This document shows, in pieces, positions 1 through 13,079 of a DNA stretch of 64,000 bases. Made by a program: the position numbers and the translations under genes. Each line of letters begins with the position of its first letter. Positions within the stretch are counted from its first letter, which is position 1. The stretch is from Octopus sinensis (lineage: Eukaryota): contig NC_043005.1 of NCBI RefSeq assembly GCF_006345805.1, forward strand, positions 62,558,001-62,622,000. Reading direction: 5' to 3'. The notes under the pieces were generated by a model, which was not told where the DNA came from, ran no database searches, and saw only the letters and a program-made list of their open reading frames with translations.

Positions 1-340
1 GCAGTCAGACTGAACCACTCCTGTGACTATATATATATACATAACTTCTAATTATCAATTTCAAATTCGTTTTTTGCTCATCCCCATACAGCTTCATGTA
101 ATTCAATTATCTTTATTATTTTATGTTCTTTGTCTTCATCAAGAAACATATTTGCTCATGCACATACCAAAATCTGTTTGACCCCTAATATGCATCTAGT
201 TATATTATCATTATTTGTCTTTTCCCTTTCTATTTGTCTTTTTTTTCGTACCTCTTACAGATATAATGAAGTGCAGATATTTTACAATTTTTCTATCCAA
301 CTCATACCAGTATAAAACAATATCTACTCACTTAATGTAT

Positions 341-523
341 TCTTTTATTCTTTTACACGTTTCAGTCATTTGACTGCTGCCATGCTGGAGCACTTCCTGA
401 GTCAAACAAATTGACCCTAGGACTTATTATTTGATCTCTTTTGCTGAACCACTAAGTTTCAGGGGACATAAACACACCAACATCAGTTTTCAAGTCATGG
501 TGGAGGGACAAACTCAGACACAA

Positions 524-569
<46 letters not shown>

Positions 570-723
570 GAAAGGCTTCTTTCAGTTTCCAACTACCAAA
601 TCCACTCACAAGGCTCTGGTTAGCTCGAGGATATAGTAGAAGACACTCGCTCAAGGTGCCACGCAGTGAGACTGAACATAGAACCATGTGGCTGGAAAGC
701 AAGCTTCTTACCACACCGCCATG
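341..723 (-). mobile_element. tRNA-derived SINE, family A (tRNA head, CORE-like segment, internal CA/TA microsatellite)
   Basis: Colinear with copies at 34868, 50268 and 57986 (gtttcagtcatttgactg..ccatgctggagcac ... cttaccacac). Confidence 0.85.
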
Positions 724-2154
724 ATTAAGCATATGAGGAAGAATAATTAAGTCCTAATCCAACACATTCTCCTGTACATAATGATTCTCACAAATTTATT
801 CTGACCATGTCGTTTCATTGAAATATTATCACAATGATGGTGTTCTACTATATGTAGGATTGTATGATGGTAGATTAAGAAAACCTATCTGAGTAATAAA
901 ACAATTGTCATACAAAACCATCACATACAGTTACCAGACAGCAAGTTCATAAGTGAACTAAAGCAATATTCTGTTGAGTTGATAAATCAAGAATGAGACT
1001 TTTGGTTATCAATTGAATTCACATAAAATCTATAAATACTCATATTTTCACCACAGGATTTATAAATGTTTTAGAGTGAATTATATATAAAGATATATGC
1101 AAAAACAAAGTTTCAGAATAAGGAAAAGAGTTCTTCCATTTGTATACTCAAGCAAGCATATCTGTTTTTGTAATATGTGTTCCATATTTTTGTGAATGCA
1201 TGTGTGCTTAATGTGCTTTTGTCACTTTTTAAGCTAATATGAAAAAACTGAATCGAAAAGCATTTGTTTTAAATGTTTTATAATTTAAGGTTTCAGTATC
1301 ATTTTTATCATTATATGTCATGATGATTTTCTAAGATATAAATTAACATTTTCAGATTTGAAATTATTTAAAAACAAAATTAAATCATTCCAAAGAATTG
1401 AGTTATGTACACAAAGTTTAAAGTTAAAAAGTAATGATATTTCTTGTTGCACATTATCTAATTTATAACCATAATTACAGTAGTCGTTAAATGAAGTTTG
1501 GAAATTAATTAATATTTAATTCAACTATATTCAGTAGAACATTTGTTAAGAATTATTGTCTGGAGATTTTTAGTACAATATTGTAGAAAAGTACATCGTT
1601 TTTATCTATTCATTTTTGGACAGCTACAAATAGACATACAAGGAGGAGGAGAATCATATTAATATAGGATGTAATGAAACAGTTTGATATAGTGCTGCGA
1701 CTCATCAGAAATGTATAAGATTTAGGATATCAGCATTTGTTATAGTCAGCTGGAGTTGATAAGCATATACCAGATAAAATGTTGAGATTTTCAAGTGAAA
1801 GCATATGTATTATTTTTCCTTTTATATTTGGAAACAAAGTGAGCATATTATCATTTAGAAGGAATTGATGATGAACATTACAATTAAGTTTTGTATCATG
1901 TTATTCTTTTACTGATTTCGATCATTGTACTATGATGATTTGGGGACACCAACATCTTCAAGAGTCTAGTCAATCATATTGAATCCAGGAATACCTTTAT
2001 TTGTCTAACCACTGAATTACAAAACATTAGGAAACCCAACACCAGTTTTAATAATAAGTGTAAACATAAGCACACACACACACACACACACACAATTGAT
2101 TAGCATATCCAAGTGAAAATCAAATCAAATCAAATCAAATCAAACCAAATCAAA

Positions 2155-2645
2155 ATAGATGAACATCAATGAAATTTGTATCCTTGTGGTACCAGTGCCA
2201 GTGGCACATAAGAAAACCATCTGAACGTGGGCGTAGCCAGTACCGCATCGACTGGCCTCCGTGCTGTGGGCACGTAACAAACACCATCCGATCGTGGCCG
2301 TTCGCCAGCCTCATCTGGCACCTGTGTCGGTGGCACATAAGAAAACACCATCCGAGCGTGGCCATCTGCCAGCCTCGTCTGGCACCTGTGTCGGTGGCAC
2401 ATAAAAAACACCATCCGAGCGTGGCCGTCTGCCAGCCTCGTCTGGCACCTGTGTCGGTGGCACATAAAATCACCCACTACACTCTTGGAGTGGTTGGCGT
2501 TAGGAAGGGCATCCAGCTGTAGAAACACTGCCAGATCTGACTGGCCTGGTGCAGCCTTTGGGCTTGCCAGACCCCAGTTGAACCGTCCAACCCATGCTAG
2601 CATGGAAAGCGGACGTTAAACGATGATGATGATGATGATGATGAT
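2155..2645 (+). mobile_element. Non-autonomous retroelement with internal ~63-bp tandem modules, an RTE-type 3' tail and a (GAT)n end
   Basis: Units start at 2281, 2345 and 2408. Tail ggagtggttggcgttaggaagggcatccagctgtagaaac...catgctagcatggaaagcggacgttaaacgatgatgatg recurs at 54205-54368. Preceded by (CAAAT)n at about 2119-2153. Confidence 0.8.
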
Positions 2646-3619
2646 CCTATATGTGGGTGCATGTTTCTATGGTTTCTGTGAACAAAATTCCACTCAAAAG
2701 GCATTGTTCAGTTCAAAACTACAATGTAAAACACTTGCCAAAGGAACTACTACATGTGTTAGGTTTGAACCAGGAATGATGTGGTTGCAAGGCAATCTTC
2801 TTCTTAACTGCATGATGTACAAATGACATGCTAAGTTTATACAAAATCCTCAATACTCCAGTTTATCCTTAGACAATATGTCTGAAAGCAGAGAAATAAA
2901 ACTTGCCACTACAAATACAAACTAATGTAAATCAGTATCAAAAAGCATATTTGTATGTTTAACATGTGCATAAAGCAAATACTTTTGCTTAGATTAATAT
3001 TTGTGTTATAACTCTAAATATTTCAGCAAGTTGTGTTCTTGACATACAATAAAATTAACGCATTCAGTCTGAAAATACCTCTGTAAATAATTCTACAGAT
3101 AGATTAAATATTTTAAATACAGAATGTTTTATGTACAATGTTGTGCTTTTTTGTGCCAATTTACTTGCTTATTATGCTCAATACGATTCTTCATAATTTA
3201 CTATAAAAAAACAAATAAGAATTACACACACAAATGGCTTGACACACACATTCACAATATACACGCAACATTATATATATATATAATGTGTCAAGTGGTT
3301 TGTGTGTGTAATTCTAAGTTTTTAGAAAGTAAATTATACATATATATATATATATAGTGAGAGAGAGAGAGAGAGAAAGAGAAAGAGAGAGAGAGAGAGA
3401 GCCAGACAGACAAACTGATAGATAGATATAGATAAGTGCAAAAAATCAAAGCACAGTGATCCCTTTAGAAACAGACCATATTTTAATGTCTGTTGAATAT
3501 ATTCATTTAACTCGGAGTATTGAGAGTAATAAGTATTCCTTTATACAAACAAAAAAAATGTAAAAATGATGTGTTTAATACAATAAAAATGATTCTTAAC
3601 ATTGGTATTAAGGACATAT

Positions 3620-3735
3620 GCTTTTGGTGGAGGGGGTACATTTAATTAAAACAACCCTTGTGTATTATAAGTACTTATTTTATTTATTCTGAAACCTAAA
3701 AGGCAACGTTGCTCTTGCTAGTATTTGAACCCAAA
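3620..3735 (-). mobile_element. Degenerate copy of SINE family C
   Basis: Weak match to the 9347-9562 core (acaacccttg..gtacttattttattt..aaaaggcaacgttg..gtatttgaaccc). Confidence 0.45.
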
Positions 3736-6700
3736 TCCTAAATGAACAGAACTAAATAACAAAATAAATTTTGTCCAAATTATTTCTGATTTTGCTAGCC
3801 TAAATGATATTATATACACTATAAATCATGAAGATGATGATTATAAATACTAAATCTGAAAAAAAAAAATCCTTTGAAAATTATATAGCAAATCTTAGTT
3901 TTAATATGGGTTGCTGATACATTATACTGAGAATCCAATCTGTTCATAATTTCATATATCATAAAAAAATGTTAACTAATACTCGTAAGAAGGAAGAGTA
4001 GAAAATTCTCTTGTAATATTTTTTATTATTCTTTTTAATGAACAAACCCAAGAATATGTATTCATATCAAGCAACCTAAACACTATACAATATCAATAGA
4101 AAGAAAATTTATATGCCAGGCATTGTGTGATATTCCTGAAACATGAGAAATCCAGATAATTTTGTTAACTTCAAGCACCTGTTTGGCGAATTTCCAACTT
4201 AAATTCTAGATCAGTTCTTTATTTTTTAACAGAAATTTATATTTGTTCTTTGTTTTACATAGAAGCTTCTGTCTGTCTGTTGGTCTGTCTATCTCTCAGT
4301 CTGGTTGTCTATCTGTCATCCATCCATTCATACCTTAATTAAATTTATTGTAAATGACAGAGAAACAAAATAGTGCCTGTAGTGAAATGAAACTGAATTA
4401 ACAGATATATATCTTTTTTTATTAGCTTTTAAATGGTTTAGGCCATTCCACATACTGCTATTTCAGTGCACTTATATACTACAGGCTGAACCATAATGTT
4501 GATAAAGTGGATTATACGAATTCTGCTTAATACACATTTTTGTTTAATATGAGGAACAAAGTTGATGACATAATGTAATACTGAACAAATCTTGCATCTC
4601 TAGAGAAAAGAGTCTTTTTTTATATGCTTTATATATTGCCTGAGAGGTAATATAATATTAAAAAAGAAGCCATTAGAAAATGGATACTAACCCTGAGTTA
4701 ACAAAGCAATATTAGACTTAAACCCATTAATGAGCAATAGCAATTTTGTTATTAACTATAATTTCTTAATTAGGGTTGACAACAGAGAAATAGGGGAAAA
4801 AGAAATGAAAGAAGTTATACCTTTGATGGCTTTTCCTAGGGAATTAATGCAGTAACTGAAATGGTTTGAACTTTTAATCAAATTTATCCTAGCAACTGTA
4901 TTTATTTCATTAGTAGAACTAACGATGACAATGATGATGATGATGGGAATTATGATGCATGATGCAGATACTGAAGTGGCTAGTGTCATGTTATGGTATG
5001 TTAGCCAATGGTTATTTAATAGATGATTTTTGCTTGGCATAAGGTTAATAGTGTGAGAGGGTGGGATCATCCTTATTATCATTTTATGGCTACTTCAATG
5101 CTGACATGGGTCAAATTATAATTAATATAATATACATAAGTCTCACTGGTACTTCATTTATCCTGGTCATATCAAAATTTAAAAATATGAAGCACCAAAC
5201 TAGATAGTATAAAACATTTTGGCTAGCTACCTACCCTTTCACTCATCCCTATTTCGATAAAACAATTGTTATATTATTCCCATTGGTAGTGTATACAGAT
5301 ATAATGCTGCATTGTTGAATGGAATGATATTTTGTGGTAGAATATTTTAGTGTGGTGGTGTATAGGTGGTGAAATGGCAGAGTTGTTAGAATGCCAGATA
5401 AAATATTTTGTGATATTTGTTCCAGCTCTCTGCACCTCAAGTTCAAATCTTATGGTCAACATTATCAAATGTCATTTCAGGGTTTATAAATAAATAACAG
5501 TTAAGTGCAATAAATTGGTAGAATTGTTAGAGCATAGGGAAAACAGCATTGTATTATGCATTTTGATTCTTTGTGTTTTGAGTTCAAATTCCACATTGGA
5601 ATTGAAATCCTACCAATAGTTATGTTATTACCCCTCACACACTGAGAGGAGGTATCATGAAAGAGCATGACAAATTGCAGGACCTGCATCTTGCTACAGT
5701 TGGACAAGCCTCTTGTTGTCTAAATGCAGTAGAGTCATGAATACAGAGGCTTCAAAACTAACCAATAGAGAAATCAATCTCTCAACTCTTTCTACTCACT
5801 ACTCAAACTAACAAATAGCCTCGGGGTTTCATGAATCTTGGAAGCCTCCTCAACAAAAGAGTAAAACCACTCTGGATGATGACAAGGTTGTACAGTATTG
5901 TGACATGTAATATTCAATAGCATTTTGTTACATAATATAAAATATTAAGGTTTATGAGAGGTTAACAAAATGTAATATTGTATAAGTAGTATAATATGGC
6001 TTAGTTATATAGTACACTTCAGGTAAAACAAAAATGTATGAACGATTTTACAAATAAAAATAGATGCTGTCATGGTCTAATATAATGATAAGACAAATAC
6101 AAATATGAATGTAAAATTGACAAAAGAATTTCTATTCTTATCCAAACTGTTTATACAATATATTCTCTGATATACAAAAACATCTTGGAAATTACAAGAA
6201 CATTATTAACAAGAATACTAGCAGTATTATTCTGTATATTTGTTTGTAATGAGGTATCTTCTCCAAAATAATGTCAAAATCTTACTACCTGTGTACTTTG
6301 CTGGGGTGGATGTACAGTTACTGGGAGTAAAATTATTTTCTTAAATTCCAGTGTATTTCCTTGATTACTATTCATCCTTCATGAACATGCTACTAAACAT
6401 TCACTGAAATACTGTGCTTAGAAATTTCTATAAAGTCATTTAATTCCTGAAATACTAAATCCAGAACTATATTAAGAAAAATCAACAACTATATTGGATT
6501 ACAAAACTTCTTTGCAAATGATACAGTCATCTGAAGTAGCAACACTAAAATACCAAAAATATAGAAAGAATAAAAAAAAACGAAGAAAAATATCAATCCC
6601 GTCACACTTCCCTCCCTATAAATTAAGATAATGCACATGAAAACTCTATACTGTCAGTCGATTCGTATTTCCTGAAATCCATTACAAATATAGAATGACA

Positions 6701-6822
6701 TTTTAGTATCAACATTCTTATGTAATTTATTAATGAACTCTATATGATAAAATAAGAAATCTGTTAATAATAATATGTGCATATATATGTGTGTATGTGT
6801 GCGTGTGTGAGCATATGTGCAC

Positions 6823-6853
<31 letters not shown>

Positions 6854-7563
6854 CAGTATTAACAAACAAGAAAAAGTCTTAAAATAGTAGGTTAGAAACA
6901 ACAAGAAAGTAACCTAAGTATTGATTATATAGTTATTTAAAAAAAAGAAATATTTGAAAATGTAAATGAAAGTACAAATAATTCAATTATCATTTCATTT
7001 TATATCCATATATTTAACTTAATCTGACAGCTCTAGAAATTCACATATATTCTTGAAATCATTGGTTGTATGTAACTGTTTCAATGTTTTACTTAGCATA
7101 ATTGTTAAGCTTGTCAAAAGAAAAATGTGTCTGGAATAGTGTGATAAATAGAACTGATTGTCTTTTTATCATCAAAAGTATCTATTAGTGGTTTATTATA
7201 ACTAAAAGAATTTTTCAATACTATAATACACTTGAATACATGACTTATAAAGCAGCACAAATGATAAAATTGTGGTTTCAAAAGTAAAGAAGCAATTACA
7301 CTAAACAAATTTTGCAATTTTCATATAATTTACATAATTGATCTATTGTTTTCCACTTATCAATATTTACAAGTAAAATATGTTTCACTAGAAGATGCAA
7401 GTGGTATAGTTAACAGATCAGATGTGTAACTTGTAGTTGTTTGTACTTGATTACAGCATGTTGTACAATCAATTTCCTGCAGATTTATTACACATAAGCC
7501 ATACTCAAAACTTTTATGCAAAATTATCATTAATACTGAGATAAGGTCAATCCCAGATCAAGA

Positions 7564-7599
<36 letters not shown>

Positions 7600-8447
7600 G
7601 CATGCATACTTACAAAACATGACAAATCTTCCAACTTATGAAAATGAAGAGCAAGCTATTTGAAACTTAGTATTTTAATAAAAAGAAAAGATGAAGTTAA
7701 TAATCTAAAATGTTATTCCATGATGCAAAGATGTCGTAGAGCTTTCCAACATTGTTTTTTTTTTTTAATAATATATTTATTATTGAGAAAAACAATCTTT
7801 TGCTGGCTTAGGAGAAAAGAGTGATCAACTAAATATTGAACTGAAGTGAACGTAAAAGAAAACAATATTAGAAACTGCAAACAGTATTAACTTGCTTAAA
7901 AGTAGATTTCCACAGAGACTGATCTAAATAGAAAGAAAATGGAAAAGAAGAATATCATGGAACTGAATCTTTTCCTTTCTATTTCAATCATTATGATGTA
8001 ATTCTTCTATTTCCAGGCATGACATCAAAATTTAAAATAATATATATACACAGAATATTGTCATGTTACAAAACTGATTAAAACACGTGGAAAATGTTTT
8101 ATGCTTACTTTGCAAATGAATTACAGATATTGAATTTAATTTTAAACATTCTTCACTGATCGTTCCTTTTGTTGTTCTTAGATAGTTATTGTGATTAGCG
8201 ATTACTACAAAATATATTAGACAAGAATGTGCTACAAAGATTACTGTAACTTTTTTACTTATATGATAATGAAGTCTGGATTTTTAAAGAAGGACTTATC
8301 TATTTGCAACCAGATAACTATTAATGCTTCTGTTGCTTACTGTAAGTTTTATCCCATATTTTTTTAATTGAAAATGATTATGAGATATGAAATAGACATG
8401 AAATCTAAATCTTCGGAGATTAAGGAAGTGATGATTTCAAGTATTTA

Positions 8448-8625
8448 AAATAATGGTTTCAAATTTTGGCACAAAGCCAGTAAGTTTGAGGGAGGGGGCA
8501 AGTGAATTATATTGACCCCCAATACTCAACTTATATTTATTTTATCAACCTTGAAAGGATGAGAGGCAAAGTGGATCTCAGCAGAATTTGAACAAAGAAT
8601 GTAAAGACAGATGAAATACCAGCTT
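8448..8625 (-). mobile_element. tRNA-derived SINE family C
   Basis: Shares ttttggcacaa..gaaaggatga.aggcaaagt..aatttgaac..aatgtaaagacagatgaaatac with the other C copies. Confidence 0.8.
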
Positions 8626-9346
8626 GCTGTTTTTAAAATATTTAAAATAATAACAAATATTTGTAGAAGCAACAAAATAGTTTATAAACCATGATATCTA
8701 GTAAGGGACTTCATGGTGATTGACGAGTATCAATTATAAAGAATATTTCAAACTAGTTCAAACAATATAGTAACCACAGAATTGAAATTTTACCCAAAAG
8801 TTACTTTATAACATAGCTTTTGTGAAATTCACTTATTATTTAACTACCATTTTATTAATAACTTTAGTCAACCAATAAACTATAAAGATTGTAGATTCCA
8901 TAGACATAATCTGATTTCTGGTCGCTTGTTTAAGTGTTTTACTGGTAATTAGGTTTATTAACATAAAAACACAAGGCTTCTGAACAGCTCACCAATTAAA
9001 CATGCTTCTATATCCTGCCTCTGTATGCCATGGATATCACTAGTATATACTTGAAGGGTTTAGTAGCCAATATCTTTGGAGCATACAGTTATGTGTCAAA
9101 TGTGTAAAAATGAATACCATTCTATAATATAGCTGATGTATGTGTTCAAAACACAATCTTTCAACAAAAATGTGTTTCATGTTTGATGCTGATAACAATG
9201 AATTTGATATGACATTGAATAAGTTCAAATCCTCTTTAATAATGAATAAGAGTATCTTTGATGAAATAAAGTGTTTGAATGTCTTTTTATTCTATAACTA
9301 GTTTCAGTTATTGGACTGTGGTCATACTTCTCCAGTCAGTTATATA

Positions 9347-9562
9347 CTTTTCTACTCTAAGGCACAAGGCCCAAAATTTTGGGGGAGGTGGGGCCAGTTA
9401 ATTAGATCAACCCCAATAAGCAACTGGTATTCAATTTATCAACCCAAAAGGATGAAAGGCAAAGTCAACCTTGGCGGAATTTGAACTCAGAATGTAAAGA
9501 CAGATGAAATATCGCTAAGCATTTCGCCTGGCAAGCTAACGTTTCTGCCAGCTCACCACCTT
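9347..9562 (-). mobile_element. Full-length SINE family C copy with a 15-bp target site duplication
   Basis: Minus strand begins aaggtggtgagctggcagaaacgttag (A-box-like) and has B box gagttcaaattcc. Direct repeat ccagtcagttatata at 9332-9346 and 9564-9578. Confidence 0.9.
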
Positions 9563-9944
9563 CCCAGTCAGTTATATAACTCCAGCGCTTTGGTACTTAT
9601 TTATTAACATTAGAAAGAGGAAATGTAAAGTTGGCCAGGGTATGGTATGAACTCTCAATAATAACCAAATAGTGTAAAGTTTTATGTCTAACACTCTATC
9701 AAAGCTACAGATCTGCCACATTATGCTTATGATGACAAATACCTGGATTTTCTTCATATGGTGTGCATGTCATGTCTATAACCAAGACACTTGGAAATGT
9801 TTGCCTACATCTATGTATTATATGAAAATGTGTCTAAATTTTAGCTGATGTTTTTTTTTTACATGTGACATGGTTCCAAAAGGATGGAAAGAGGATAAAT
9901 GTATGACATTTATAACAAAGTAGTAGTGGTAACAGTAATAATCC

Positions 9945-10130
9945 TTTCCATTATAGGCACAAAGCCTGAAATTTGGTGGAGGGAGATAATCGGTTATATT
10001 GACCCCAGTACTCAACTGATACTTATTTTATCATCATGGCATTGTTGAAAGGCAAAATCTACTTCAGCAGAAGTTGAACTCAAGACATAAAGATGGACTA
10101 AATACCACTAAACATTTTCCTGGCATGATA
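9945..10130 (-). mobile_element. SINE family C
   Basis: Colinear with 9347-9562. Confidence 0.8.
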
Positions 10131-10136
10131 ACAATA

Positions 10137-10350
10137 CTTTTTTACTCTAGGCACAAGACCTGAAATTTTGGGGAAAGGGGCCAGTCAATTAGATCAACCC
10201 CAGTAAGCAACTGGTACTTAATTTATCGACCCCGAAAGGACGAACGGCAAAGTCAACCTTGGCAAAATTTGAACTCAGAATGTAAAGACAGATGAAATAC
10301 TGCTAAGCATTTCACCTGGTGTGCTAATGTTTCTGCCAGCTCACCACCTT
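10137..10350 (-). mobile_element. SINE family C (well-preserved copy)
   Basis: ttatcgaccccgaaaggacgaacggcaaagtcaaccttggcaaaatttgaactcagaatgtaaagacagatgaaatactgctaagcatttc. Confidence 0.88.
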
Positions 10351-10379
10351 AGGGATAGTAATAATAATAATAGTAATTG

Positions 10380-10570
10380 CTTTTAATTTTAGCACAAGGC
10401 CAATAATTTTTAAGGAAATTGGGGTTAGTAAATACCACTTTCCCCCAATACATGACAAATAATGTATTTTATCAACCTTGAAAAGACAAAAAGCAAAATT
10501 GACATTAGTGGGATTTGAACTTAAAATGTAACAAACTAGAGAAATATTGCAAGATGTTTTTCCAACCAGC
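10380..10570 (-). mobile_element. SINE family C (degenerate)
   Basis: ttttagcacaaggcc..ttatcaaccttgaaaagacaaaaagcaaaattgac..gatttgaac. Confidence 0.65.
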
Positions 10571-11479
10571 AATTCTACCAATCTGCCAGAAATGCACAGA
10601 GTTACTGATAGTCATTTTGTTTTCTTAAGATATGCTAGTACATAGGAGAACACAGCAACAATGAGATGAAAGATGTGACAAATAAAAGAAATGGATTTGA
10701 ATGTTGTTGAAAGTTACTTTCAGACTATCATAAATGCATTTATACCATACAGGCAATGAATCAATATTGATAACAAATATAAACATATACAATTTGCACT
10801 GTGCAATGAATAGCAGATGTTAAAAAACTTATTCATCAATGTGGACAATATGAACACAAAGAATACTAGTAAACAAATTTAAAAATCAGTGCTGTGAGTG
10901 CTACAGTTTATTTGAAGGCACTGTAAACAGGAGAGATTATGTTAGTGATGTAATTATGATATAATTAATAATGACTGTAATGTTACTGTTACTAATCTAC
11001 ATAATATGTCTATGTTAATAATGTAGACATTACAACTTCTGATAACAAGTTTCTTCAGTAGCATCAAAATTCCTGCTGTAGTTGAAATTTGGCCACTTCA
11101 ATAGAAGTTGAACAAGAAGATGATGACACATATATCAACAGCGTGCTAAAGACCATCAGTTGTAGACATATGTTTTATAGGCCTTCTCTTACAGAGAAAC
11201 AAAGATTTGGGGGCACTATCAGTGATGTACAGAGAAATAACAACATTATGGTACCCAATTCTATTACCCATTTAATTTCCTTTATGCTTGCATATTCAAT
11301 AGAATAAACTATAGAGTATTAAATAAACAATGTATCATTATAAAAGATAGAAGTTGCCAACATAGAATAGACAGAATATAGCCCTTCTAGAAATATTACC
11401 AAAAATATGTATTGTATAATTAAACATAGTATAAACAATGAACAAACACTACAAACACTCAAATGTATAAAAATACGAA

Positions 11480-11745
11480 AACATCTGCTTTAAATAATAG
11501 ATTAAAACAATATATCATTAGAGAAGGACGCTATTCTGATATTTACATTTTGGAAACAACCAACACAATTTTTATAGGACAATACAGAGCAATAATATAG
11601 ACGGTGTGGTACCCACTAAAGAGACATTAGAAACATTTTGGAAATTAACTTTTGAAAAGAAGCTGAATATAAGAACAATAGCTGGTTAGAAAAGTGAAAG
11701 TGTACTGCAGCAACAGAAATCAAAAACTAAAAGCATTCCAGTATG
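11480..11745 (+). mobile_element. Degenerate R4/Dong-type LINE fragment (pre-RT region)
   Basis: Frameshifted translation NRLKQYIIREGRY..FYRTIQ..PTKETLETFWK..AEYKNNSWLEK resembles the RLRRY..FYR..FW..W region of R4/Dong ORFs. Confidence 0.5.
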
Positions 11746-11819
11746 TGATTTGAGATTTAATTTACATAGCTTCAGAAACCAGAGATTTTTATGACACTGA
11801 TAACATTCATAACTTTTAA

Positions 11820-12300
11820 TGGTTGTCATGCTTGCCTTATTCCTTTCCAGCCTTCATAGATCTGCCAATGTATCATTTTAATGCAGCATTGTACCTTGTA
11901 TGCAAAAATTGTATAATCTATCCTACTAACTGAGAGACAAAAACCTTTGATGCCAACAGATGTAATAGCTCCTGGAACTTCTTACACAGGCAACTATGCT
12001 TTCAGAATACCTACTTCATGTGCTAATTAAATTACCCATATAAAAAATGAAACAACTATCAGCTTCTTCTAGGGAGCTTCCAGAATTTACACATGCAGCT
12101 TTGTTGTAAACAAGTCTTGTGTATCTTCCTCATATGAGGTCTAATTTCCCTGTTTGCCAGTGATTCCACTAGTGCATCCATAGTTTACAGTAGGGACACC
12201 AAATGGAAGTCTTGCCTAACCTTTGTCTACATTCAAATCATGGTCACTTTACAATGTCAGTAGATTCAAGTTCCTTTTAATGCTAACTATAACTTCTTAA
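11820..12300 (-). mobile_element. Degenerate RTE LINE fragment, same family as 13080-14090
   Basis: Minus translation across frameshifts: KTSIWCP.CKLWMH..GSSLEEADSCF..SESIVACVR..LERNKASM. Confidence 0.6.
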
Positions 12301-13079
12301 CTTCTGCTTTTGTTAAGCTTACTTTCAGACCTCTCAATTCTAAGTTTTGTTTCCAAATTTTGAATCACTTCTCTTAAACTCTGATTCAGTAAAGAGAACA
12401 AGGTCATTGTTATACAGACGTTCCCACAGTGAGCCAGTCTTAAACTCTGCTGTATGACTTGGAGGATTGTATAAAAGAAGTAATCATCATAAGACTTATA
12501 ATATTTTTTTCAATTATTTATCTTTAAACCAGCACCCAAATGATACTTATTTTATGCACTCCAGAATGATGTATGTCAAAATGGACACTAACAAGATGTT
12601 TACAACACTCTTAAGATTATTACTAATTTCTAAAATTAACACATTTTGGAGTGGTGCTTACATTATCATACCAGAAATGAGTGAAGTCAATACCAAAGGG
12701 AACTCAACTCAGAATGGTAACATGGTAACAAAATTTTTGAGAGTCTTGTCAAGTAGTTTGTCAATTCTGTTATCAATTATCAGTTGATAATTTTATTACA
12801 TTTGATTTATGTGTGTGTATATATAGTATAAGGAACAGTATACATGTGTGCATATACAGATAGACAGATATATATTTATATACTGTAGAGTTTTCCATTA
12901 GAAATAATTTCAGGAAAAAAAAAACAATACCATATCATAATGCTGAAACCTGAGATAGAACCAGAGACTGTCAAATGTTCAGTCTAATTCTCTCTTAACT
13001 GAATTTATTCAGCTACCCTCAAACGGATGCATTCTGACACTTACAACTTACATATATATATATATATACATACACACAC

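Noticed and set aside
800-892. Short frames YYHNDGVLLYVG (plus, laminin-G-like) and IGFLNLPSYNPTYSRTPSL* (minus terminal-exon-like)
   Set aside because: Too short, with upstream stops and no supporting neighbouring exons.
2200-2470. CRISPR-like repeat array
   Set aside because: Units are contiguous ~63-bp tandem copies without unique spacers, there are no cas genes, and the context is eukaryotic.
11089-11307. ORF ATSIEVEQEDDD..FYRPS as a host exon
   Set aside because: No good splice sites; at most a faint resemblance to a decayed LINE endonuclease (YRPP) next to other LINE debris.
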